From an uncultured Terriglobus sp. (lineage in GTDB: Bacteria; Acidobacteriota; Terriglobia; Terriglobales; Acidobacteriaceae), in NCBI GenBank assembly GCA_964249285.1, contig CAXUBG010000007.1, positions 1 to 38,360 of the forward strand: 38,360 nucleotides of DNA, written 5' to 3'. A model generated the notes under the pieces. The model was given only the letters and a program-made list of their open reading frames with translations, did not search any database and was not told the DNA's origin. Below are positions 29,701 through 37,604 of this stretch, in pieces. Numbering within the stretch: position 1 is the first letter of the stretch; the number at the start of each line of letters is the position of its first letter. The translations under genes were made by a program, and so were the position numbers.

Positions 29701-30864
29701 CTAATTGGTTTGGTACTCACGCGCCTTCCAGGTCGCGGGACGGCCCATCAGCTTGCGGATCAGCGCATACCACTGCAACACCAGCAACGTTGACACCCCA
29801 ATCGGGTGCAGCAAGGCACCCAGCCAGCTTTGGCGGTAGCGTAACGCGTTGATGATGCGCGGAAGATAACTCAACAGCATCGCCACCATCGCGATCTACA
29901 CAGGTCCCATGCCGGTGCGAACGGGTGGACCAAGAAACGGAAAGATGAAGCGCGTGTGCCTCCACGCCAGCCACAACAGTGGGAGCGGGAGTACTTGTCC
30001 AAAACCGAGCAGAAGCGTCGCTGGCACAATGCGTGCCGGGGCGCCAAGGCCCTCCGTCGCATTCTTCGCCAGACCGTTCCACGTGGTTCGAGCTGACCGG
30101 TACATGCGGCAGCGTGCAAAGCACGTTAAGTCCACAACCCGCGTTGCATAGCCGTGCTCGCGCAGAAGACGCGGCAAAAGCAGGCCGTCATGCATCGTGT
30201 GCCGGATGGCTTGATGGCCGCCGCTGCGCAGGTATGCTTCGCGGTCCACCAGCAGGAACTGTCCACAGCCCGCCGCATAGCCCGGATTGGTTGTGGAACG
30301 CAGCAACCGCACGGGCAGGTAGCCGAGCAGGATGAAGTGGATGAGCGGAAGCAGCAACTTCTCGAGAAACGTTCCAGTCAGCTCCTGGGGAAACCCGCTG
30401 ACGAGTGCCGCGCGTTCCTGTACCAGAAACGCTGCGCAGCGCGGGAGGGCATCCGGCGTGAGCCGCACATCGGCATCCAGAAAACATACCAGAGGCGTAG
30501 ACGAGGCTTGCGCAGCCACCCAGCAGGCGTGCTGTTTACCATTCCACCCGGCCGGCAGAGGTGGCGCGTGAAGAAGGTGAACCCGCGCATCGCACGCGGC
30601 GAGTTCTTCCACGACAGCCGCAGTCCGGTCCGTTGATGCGTCATCCATCACGAGGATTTCCAACGCGATCTCGCGCGAGGCAAGCACACCCTGCAAGCAC
30701 GCCGCAATCCCTTCCTCCTCATTGCGTGCTGGAACTATGACTGTCAAAGCGGGAAAAACTACCGTGGCCGGAGGAGGTGCGGCGTACTCCGAAATATTTA
30801 GGAGTGTAAGCACAGCGGGCAAGGCAGCGCATCCGGCCGACGCCAGCGTAAGTGCGAACAGCAT
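29701..30864 (-). pseudogene. GT2 glycosyltransferase (CrtQ-like) with an in-frame TAG at 29898-29896
   Basis: VIVPARNEE, DDASTD, GWNGKQHAC, FLDADV, CGQFLL and RMY...WNGLAKN. ORF 29701-29889 is in the same frame directly after the stop and encodes the expected TM tail ending ATWKAREY. Confidence 0.8.
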
Positions 30865-31683
30865 CTACCGGCTCCCCGTTGAAGCGCTGCCGCGATCGGA
30901 CATGTGATCCGCTTGGTAACGCTGGCCCAGCAATCGCGTCCGCAGCCGCTGCCATGCACCGTACATCCCGGACGTTCCCCGCTTACCCTCCAGCACTGTC
31001 GTGAATGCGAATGCATCGCGCGCCTGTGATGCTTGCGACAGCAGGTCCTGCGCTGCCTCTAGATGCTTCTCCAGCAAAGCCGTCCACTCCCCCGAAGATC
31101 GCTCACGCGCTGCCATGACCCGAAGTGGCTCGCCAACGGCCCCCAGGGCCTCAGGCAACCGCTGATTCCAGAAGGTGTACTCCATCGCCAGCGGAATGAC
31201 CGTAAGTGCGCCGCTTCGCTGCAGCAGTGCTCCCAGGCCAGCCATCAGTTCTGTTGGACGAACGCGTGCGTCGGTGAAATGGCCCTGCGCCGTGATCCAG
31301 AGCACGCCGTTTGCCGCCAGCACCGCCTGCGCCGCGCGCAGGAATTGCGCCGCCCCGCGTGCCGAGTTCTGCTCCACCGGAAACATGCCAAGATTGCGGA
31401 AAAAGCGATACTCCTGCAATGCGGACGCACTGATGGGAGCGCGATGCAACCGGCCTGGCAGCAGCTTGCGCGCAATGGCCATGCAAACCAGCGGATCCCA
31501 CCAGGACGGGTGGTTGAGGTAAATGACGACCGGCCCTGCAGCCACGTCCCGCAGCCGTTCCGGGTGGAGCAGCCGTACCGCTCGAAACCCTCGCCGCAGC
31601 CTGCGCCGCGCGATCAGGTAAAACGCGCGCAGCAGAAAGCGTGACCCCTTCGGCAAATCCCCGGGTTCGACCGCGCGTGACAT
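30865..31683 (-). CDS. PlsC-superfamily acyltransferase (carotenoid-glycoside acyltransferase-like)
   Basis: NHPSWWD (HxxxxD), WITAQG and IPLAMEYTFWNQRLPE; abuts the GT2 gene. Confidence 0.85.
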   Translation of the reverse strand: MSRAVEPGDLPKGSRFLLRAFYLIARRRLRRGFRAVRLLHPERLRDVAAGPVVIYLNHPSWWDPLVCMAIARKLLPGRLHRAPISASALQEYRFFRNLGMFPVEQNSARGAAQFLRAAQAVLAANGVLWITAQGHFTDARVRPTELMAGLGALLQRSGALTVIPLAMEYTFWNQRLPEALGAVGEPLRVMAARERSSGEWTALLEKHLEAAQDLLSQASQARDAFAFTTVLEGKRGTSGMYGAWQRLRTRLLGQRYQADHMSDRGSASTGSR

Positions 31684-31805
31684 CTCTTCACATCCGATGC
31701 AGGGGGCCTGCGCTGCGCCTCACGCACTGCACCGAAGCGCCGCCGCTCAGGATGCAAGCTGTCCGTGCGTTTCGGTACTCTGCATATGACAGGCAAAGGA
31801 CGTCC

Positions 31806-33140
31806 ATGGCGAAGTCAGAGGAACAACTCCTTGAGATTGGCGGCCGCTCCGTAAAGGTCTCGAATCCCAACAAGCTGTACTTCAGCAAAGAGGCGCGGCT
31901 TACCAAACTCGACCTGGTGCGCTATTACCTGTCAGTCGCACCTGGTGCGCTGCGTGGTGTACGTGACCGGCCGTTTGTGCTGAAGCGTTTCGTCAACGGT
32001 GCGCATGAGGAACCCTTCTATCAGAAGCGCGCGCCGGACAACCTGCCGGACTTCGTGCGAACGGTCACGTTGAGCTTTCCTTCTGGTCGCACGGCAGACG
32101 AGATCGTGATCGACAACGAAGCCGCGCTGGCATGGACCGTGAACCTAGGCTGCATCGAACTGCACCCGCATCCGGTGCGGACTGGCGATCTGGATCACCC
32201 CGACGAACTGCGAATCGACCTGGACCCGCAGCCGGGGGTGCCGTGGAGCGATGTCCGGTCCGTCGCGATGGAGGTGCACGCGCTTCTGGGCGAGGTGGGT
32301 CTGACGGCGTGGCCCAAAACCAGCGGTTCCCGAGGCATCCACGTCAATGTACGCATTGAACCGCGGTGGACCTTCACTGAGGTACGCCGCGCGGCCCTGG
32401 CGCTGGCCCGTGCCGTGGAGCGGCGTCACCCCATGGCTTCGTCCAAGTGGTGGAAGGAGGAGCGTCACGGCGTCTTTCTTGACTACAACCAGAACGCGAA
32501 GGACCGCACCACCTGCTCCGCGTATAGCGTGCGCCCGCTGCCGGATGCGCGCGTGTCCACGCCATTACGTTGGGATGAGGTGGAAACGTGCGATCCGGCG
32601 GAGTTTACTGTGACAACCGTTCCAGCGCGCTTTGCCGCTACCGGCGATCCGCATGAAGCGATAGATGCCTTTGCCGGTTCCTTGCAAGCCTTGCTGGAGA
32701 TGGCTGCCCGCGACGAAGCAAACGGCATCGCGGATGCACCATGGCCGCCCCACTTCAAGAAGATGGATGGTGAGCCGTCGCGGGTGCAGCCATCCAAGGC
32801 GCGTCCTGCTGAGCCACGCGCAAAGAAGGCCGCCGCAAAGAAGAGCACAACCGGCAGGCGCGTTCCGTCCATGCCGTTGATCGTAGTGGCGCAGTCACCG
32901 GATCGCGCGGCGGCCGACGCCGGGCTGGAGCGGTGGAAGCAGCAACATCCCGAAGCCGCGACATATCTCGCCGTGGATGATGTGCTGGTGGACCGGATGC
33001 GCGGCTCAGCGTATATCTGGTATCGCATCCGCGTAAATCTGCGGCATGTGCCAGGGGAGCTGCGTCCGGCCCAAGGCACGCCCGACCCGGACGACGATCC
33101 AACCCGCAAGTGGCGCGAACAGACAGGCGAACCGGCGTGA
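31806..33140 (+). CDS. Stand-alone LigD-type primase-polymerase (Prim-PolC-like) with extra C-terminal domain
   Basis: SNPNKLYF, TKLDLVRYY, FYQKRAP, PDELRIDLDP, KTSGSRGIH, FLDYNQNAKDRTTCSAYSVR and PWPPHF.K; AAGGA SD. Confidence 0.9.
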   Translation: MAKSEEQLLEIGGRSVKVSNPNKLYFSKEARLTKLDLVRYYLSVAPGALRGVRDRPFVLKRFVNGAHEEPFYQKRAPDNLPDFVRTVTLSFPSGRTADEIVIDNEAALAWTVNLGCIELHPHPVRTGDLDHPDELRIDLDPQPGVPWSDVRSVAMEVHALLGEVGLTAWPKTSGSRGIHVNVRIEPRWTFTEVRRAALALARAVERRHPMASSKWWKEERHGVFLDYNQNAKDRTTCSAYSVRPLPDARVSTPLRWDEVETCDPAEFTVTTVPARFAATGDPHEAIDAFAGSLQALLEMAARDEANGIADAPWPPHFKKMDGEPSRVQPSKARPAEPRAKKAAAKKSTTGRRVPSMPLIVVAQSPDRAAADAGLERWKQQHPEAATYLAVDDVLVDRMRGSAYIWYRIRVNLRHVPGELRPAQGTPDPDDDPTRKWREQTGEPA

Positions 33141-33157
33141 ACCGGTAAGGAGAATGC

Positions 33158-33343
33158 ATGAAGCAGGCGCAACAGAGGTATCAGGCGCTGGTTCTGGCGT
33201 GTTGCGGACTGGCCGGCAGCAGCCTTCTGTCGGGGTGCTTGGTAGTCGGCTACTCCAGCCGCGGCGGAGCTTTCGTCTGGCCGGGCGGCATTGGCCTCTT
33301 GCTGCTCCTGCTTCTGCTCTGGTTCTTGTTTCGCGGCAGGTAA
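33158..33343 (+). CDS. Small membrane protein/putative lipoprotein (61 aa)
   Basis: AAGGAG SD, lipobox-like LLSGC, and a C-terminal poly-Leu TM followed by RGR. Confidence 0.65.
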   Translation: MKQAQQRYQALVLACCGLAGSSLLSGCLVVGYSSRGGAFVWPGGIGLLLLLLLLWFLFRGR

Positions 33344-33354
33344 GCTCCTCGAGC

Positions 33355-34434
33355 CTACGTACGCTTAGCGAAGATGCTCATCAGTTCCTGCGGTGCCACC
33401 ACTTCCAGCTGTGCGTAAGTGCAGGCTCCGGGTGCTTTGTCTGGACGCCACCGGCGGAAATGCGCTAGATGCCGGAAGCGGTCGCCCTGCATGTGTTCAT
33501 AGGCCACTTCGACGACCAGTTCAGGGCGGAGCGGTTGCCAGCTCAGGTCCTTGTCGCGGTTCCACCGGCTGGGCGCTCCGGGCATGCGGTCCTGTTCGTG
33601 CGCTTGCGCCTCACCCCATGCGGCCCAGGGATGGCCCACCAGGGCCTTTTCGCGGTATGGCGCGAGAAACTCGACCAGATCGCGCCGTTTCGGGGCCGTG
33701 AAGCTTGCGCAGACGCCAACATGCTGCAACCCTCCGGCATCGTTGAAGAGGCCCAGCAGGAGTGAGCCGACCGCCGTTCCCTCTCCATCCTTGTGCCAGC
33801 GAAAGCCGGCCACCACGCAGTCGCAATCACGCTCATGCTTGATCTTCAGCATCGTTCGCTTGTCGGGCGTATACGGGCCGTCCAGCGGCTTGGCGATGAC
33901 ACCGTCCAAGCCCGCTCCCTCGAACCGCGTAAACCAGTCCTCTGCGACGGCACGGTCCTGCGTCGCGGGCGTTAGGTGGAGTGGTCCCTGCAGATGAGCC
34001 AACGCGATCTCCAGTTCCGCGCGGCGTTGGCGAAACGCTGCGTCGCGGAGATCCCGGCCATCTACGTGAAGCAAATCGAAGAAGACGACAGACGCCGGGG
34101 TCTGCTGTGCCAGCAGCTTGTTGCGGGACGCTGCAGGGTGCAGCCGCAAAGTCAACGCGTCAAAGTCCAGACCGTGCTCATTTGCGATTACGATTTCGCC
34201 ATCCAGAACGCAGCGTTGCGGTAATTGCTGCAACAGCGGTCCGTGTAGCTCAGGAAAGTAGCGATCGAGCGGCTTGCCGTCCCTGCTCTGTATGAAAATC
34301 TCATCATCATCGCGGAAGATCACCGCGCGAAACCCATCCCACTTCGGCTCAAAGCTCCACCCGCCATCCGGGGGAATCGCGTCGGCGCGCTTGGCAAGCA
34401 TGGGCAAAATTGGAGGTGCGAGTGGAAGGGCCAC
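33355..34434 (-). CDS. ligC: ATP-dependent DNA ligase, LigC type
   Basis: PMLA, FEPKWDGFR (adenylated Lys), LDGEIV, FFDLL, GLDGVIAK, KIKHERDCDCVVAGFRWHK and LRPELVVEVAYEHMQGDRFRH. Confidence 0.9.
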   Translation of the reverse strand: MALPLAPPILPMLAKRADAIPPDGGWSFEPKWDGFRAVIFRDDDEIFIQSRDGKPLDRYFPELHGPLLQQLPQRCVLDGEIVIANEHGLDFDALTLRLHPAASRNKLLAQQTPASVVFFDLLHVDGRDLRDAAFRQRRAELEIALAHLQGPLHLTPATQDRAVAEDWFTRFEGAGLDGVIAKPLDGPYTPDKRTMLKIKHERDCDCVVAGFRWHKDGEGTAVGSLLLGLFNDAGGLQHVGVCASFTAPKRRDLVEFLAPYREKALVGHPWAAWGEAQAHEQDRMPGAPSRWNRDKDLSWQPLRPELVVEVAYEHMQGDRFRHLAHFRRWRPDKAPGACTYAQLEVVAPQELMSIFAKRT

Positions 34435-34593
34435 GGCGGTTTAGATGCGTTTCCCCGGCGGGCTTCCTTGCTGCTTCGCCCTTGAGATGCCAGCACAATC
34501 ATTTTCTACATCGCGCATAGATGATCCGCACGCATTTGGCAGGGTCCTCGAAACTCATCCGCCTCGTTCGCAGTCTCTTGGGGGCACCAGGTA

Positions 34594-35016
34594 TTACGTT
34601 TTCCGCCCGGCTGGACCTGTCTTTGCCTTGACTTTCTTCTGCAGGTTGAGTTCGACGGCGGCTCGTATCAGGGCACTCAGAGCCGTCGCGTCAATCGCTT
34701 CGCCCTCGTGTATGTCAATAGCGCGGCGCACGTTCCCCTCAAGACTGGAGTTGAAAAGGCCGGCAGGGTCCGGCAGTGCCGCTCCCTTGGCGAAGGTCAG
34801 CTTAACGGCGGTCTTGTAGGTCTCGCCCGTGCAGAGAATGCCGCCATGGGACCAGACGGGAACGCCGCGCCACTTCCACTCTTCGACGACTTCAGGGTCC
34901 GCCGCGTGGATGATCTCGCGCACCGTGGCAAGCGTCTGGCCCCGCCAGTCGCCGAGTTGCTGAATCCTGCCATTAATGAGCGCGGACGCGGTTTGCTCCG
35001 GCACGGATTTTGTCAC
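34594..35016 (-). CDS. DUF1801 (YdhG-like) protein
   Basis: LGDWRGQTLA.VREIIHAADPEVVEEWKWRGVPVWSHGG...KLTFAKGA.L.DP.GLFNSSLEGNVRRAID; AAGGAGG SD before GTG. Confidence 0.9.
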   Translation of the reverse strand: MTKSVPEQTASALINGRIQQLGDWRGQTLATVREIIHAADPEVVEEWKWRGVPVWSHGGILCTGETYKTAVKLTFAKGAALPDPAGLFNSSLEGNVRRAIDIHEGEAIDATALSALIRAAVELNLQKKVKAKTGPAGRKT

Positions 35017-35040
35017 ATTCAACCTCCTTGTCTCGCAGTT

Positions 35041-35069
35041 ACAGTAAACGGGCGAAGCGGCCTGTGCAA
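35041..35069 (-). promoter_or_regulatory. Sigma70-type promoter for the DUF1801 gene
   Basis: TTGCAC-N17-TACTGT on the minus strand, ending 24 nt before the start codon. Confidence 0.55.
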
Positions 35070-35114
35070 TCCGGCAGCATTCTTGAATCGGCTCTAAGGC
35101 CGTAGGATGGACGG

Positions 35115-36107
35115 GTGAGTGAAACCGGTCTGACAGGCGCAGGTGCATCGCGGCACAGAGTTTATTGTTCGCGTGCGCTGCCGGAAGCAGTGGAGCAGCG
35201 GATAAGGGAACGGTATGAGCTCTTGCTCAATGTTGCGGATTCGGTGCTGGAGCCGATGGTGCTGGCTCGGGCTGCTGAGGGTTGCGACTACCTTCTGACG
35301 GCGGCCATGCAGCCGGTGCCGCGCACCGTATTGCAGCACTTGCAGGGAACGCTGAAGGCTGTCGGCACGATCTCGGCGGGGTACAACCACATTGACCTGG
35401 ACACGGCGAAGGAGCTTGGCATTGCGGTGTTCTACTCGCCGGGCGTCTTGTCGGATGCGTGCGCGGACCTCGCGGTGATGCTGCTGCTGAATGCAGCGCG
35501 GCGCGGGCATGAGGCGGAGGCGATGGTGCGGTCCGGCGCGTGGCCGGGGTACGGGCTGACGCAGCTGGTGGGCATCGGGCTGAAGGGGCGGCGCGCCGGG
35601 ATCCTTGGCATGGGCAACATCGGCCGGGCGCTGGCGGCGCGACTGCGCGGCTTTGGCGTGGAGATCCACTATCACAACCGGCGGCGCTTGCCTTTGGAAA
35701 ACGAGACCGGTGCGGCCTATCACGGCAGCGCCGAAAGCCTGCTCCGGGTGAGTGACTTTCTACTGCTCCTGACGCCGGGCAGTCCGGAAATGACGGCATT
35801 CCTCAACCGCGAGCGCATTGCCTTGCTGCCGGAGAACGCGATCGTGGTGAACCTGTCACGCGGCGATGTGGTGGATGACGATGCTTTGATCGAGGCATTG
35901 CAGAGCGGACGGCTATTTGCGGCGGGACTGGATGTCTACCGTGGCGAACCGCATCTCGACCCGCGTTACCGCAACTTGACGAATGTGTTCCTGACCCCGC
36001 ACATTGCCAGTGCAACAGTAGAGTCACGCAATGCCATGGGCTTCCTGGTGCTGGACGGATTGCGCGCCTTCGAGGAAGGCCGCCGGGCGGAGAATCAACT
36101 ATGCTGA
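35115..36107 (+). CDS. D-2-hydroxyacid dehydrogenase (glyoxylate/hydroxypyruvate reductase-like)
   Basis: SAGYNHID, GMGNIG, YHNRRR, NLSRG, AGLDVY.GEP and TPHIASAT. Confidence 0.9.
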   Translation: MSETGLTGAGASRHRVYCSRALPEAVEQRIRERYELLLNVADSVLEPMVLARAAEGCDYLLTAAMQPVPRTVLQHLQGTLKAVGTISAGYNHIDLDTAKELGIAVFYSPGVLSDACADLAVMLLLNAARRGHEAEAMVRSGAWPGYGLTQLVGIGLKGRRAGILGMGNIGRALAARLRGFGVEIHYHNRRRLPLENETGAAYHGSAESLLRVSDFLLLLTPGSPEMTAFLNRERIALLPENAIVVNLSRGDVVDDDALIEALQSGRLFAAGLDVYRGEPHLDPRYRNLTNVFLTPHIASATVESRNAMGFLVLDGLRAFEEGRRAENQLC

Positions 36108-37585
36108 ACGCCGCGGTCGGCAACGCAGATCAAGCAGACTCACTGGGTCTGCGTGATCCCGGACTATTCCGGCAGCAGTGCTACGTTGGCGGCCGCTGGC
36201 TCGGCACCGGCATGGCTGCCGTCACAAATCCGCATGACGGCAGCATGCTGGGCCACGTGCCGCATTTCGGTGCGGAAGAGACGCGTGAGGCCATCCGCGC
36301 GGCGGGAGCCGCGCTGCCTGGCTGGCGTTCGGCCACGGCAAAAGAACGTAGCGAATGTATCGAACGCTGGGCCGGGCTGTGCCTGGAACACAAAGAGGAT
36401 CTTGCCCGCATCTTGACGCTGGAACAGGGCAAGCCGCTGGCCGAGGCACGCGGTGAGATCGCCTATGGCGCGTCCTTTCTGCACTGGTTCGCTGGCGAAG
36501 CGCGCCGCGTCTACGGCGACGCCATCCCGGCAAACACGCGTAGCCGGCGCATCGTCACGTTGAAGCAGCCGGTGGGTGTCGTCGCGGCCATTACGCCGTG
36601 GAACTTTCCCTGCGCCATGATCACGCGCAAAGCCGGCGCTGCGCTGGCAGCCGGCTGCACCATGGTCACCAAACCCGCACCGGAAACGCCTTTCACCGCG
36701 TTGGCAATGGCGGAACTGGCAGACCGCGCAGGCATTCCAGCAGGGGTATTGAACGTCATCACGGGCGACGCGATCGCCATCGGTGCCGAGCTGACGACCA
36801 GCACCACTGTACGCAAGCTGTCCTTTACCGGATCAACCGAAGTCGGCCGCATCCTCCTGCGCCAGTGCGCGAACACCATCAAGAAGGTGTCGCTGGAACT
36901 GGGTGGCAATGCGCCCTTCGTGGTCTTCGATGACGCCGATCTCGCGAAGGCGATAGAAGGCGTGATGATCTCAAAATTCCGCAACGCCGGACAGACGTGC
37001 GTCTGCGCCAACCGCATCTTCGTGCAGCGGGGTGTCTACGACGAATTCGCGCGTCGGCTGACGCACGCGGTCGGCGGTCTGCGCGTAGGCTGCGGCTTGG
37101 AAGACGGCGTGACCATCGGCCCGCTCATCAATCAGGATGCGGTCGAGAAGGTCGAACTGCACATTCGCGATGCGGTGGAACGTGGCGCCATGATTCACAC
37201 CGGCGGCAAGGGCCACATGCTGGGCGGCACGTACTTCGAGCCAACCATCTTGACCGGCGTTGCTGCCGGCTCCCTGCTCCTCAACGAGGAAACTTTTGGT
37301 CCGGTCGCACCGCTGATCCGCTTCTCCACGGAAGACGAGGTGTTGCGCATGTGCAACGACACGGAGTCCGGTCTGGCCGCATACTTCTATACGCGGGATG
37401 TGGCCCGGGCCTGGCGCGTGGCGGAGGCGCTGGAGTACGGCATGGTGGGCATCAATGATGGTCTGATCTCGACGGAAGTCGCGCCCTTCGGCGGTGTCAA
37501 ACAATCCGGGCTGGGGCGTGAAGGTTCAAAGTACGGCATTGACGAGTACCTGGAGCTAAAGTATCTCAGCTTCGATATCTCCTAG
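36101..37585 (+). CDS. gabD: NAD(P)-dependent succinate-semialdehyde dehydrogenase
   Basis: ITPWNFP, SFTGSTEVG, LELGGNAP, KFRNAGQTCVCANR, EETFGP and FGGVKQSGLGREGSKYG. Confidence 0.9.
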   Translation: MLNAAVGNADQADSLGLRDPGLFRQQCYVGGRWLGTGMAAVTNPHDGSMLGHVPHFGAEETREAIRAAGAALPGWRSATAKERSECIERWAGLCLEHKEDLARILTLEQGKPLAEARGEIAYGASFLHWFAGEARRVYGDAIPANTRSRRIVTLKQPVGVVAAITPWNFPCAMITRKAGAALAAGCTMVTKPAPETPFTALAMAELADRAGIPAGVLNVITGDAIAIGAELTTSTTVRKLSFTGSTEVGRILLRQCANTIKKVSLELGGNAPFVVFDDADLAKAIEGVMISKFRNAGQTCVCANRIFVQRGVYDEFARRLTHAVGGLRVGCGLEDGVTIGPLINQDAVEKVELHIRDAVERGAMIHTGGKGHMLGGTYFEPTILTGVAAGSLLLNEETFGPVAPLIRFSTEDEVLRMCNDTESGLAAYFYTRDVARAWRVAEALEYGMVGINDGLISTEVAPFGGVKQSGLGREGSKYGIDEYLELKYLSFDIS

Positions 37586-37604
37586 ATCGTTCGGAGGCAT
37601 GGCC

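Noticed and set aside
29896-29898. Programmed amber recoding (pyrrolysine or readthrough) in the GT2 gene
   Set aside because: No pyl genes are in the window and TAG is a normal stop for many genes here (rplT, serA, bcp, gabD). A point mutation or sequencing error is simpler.
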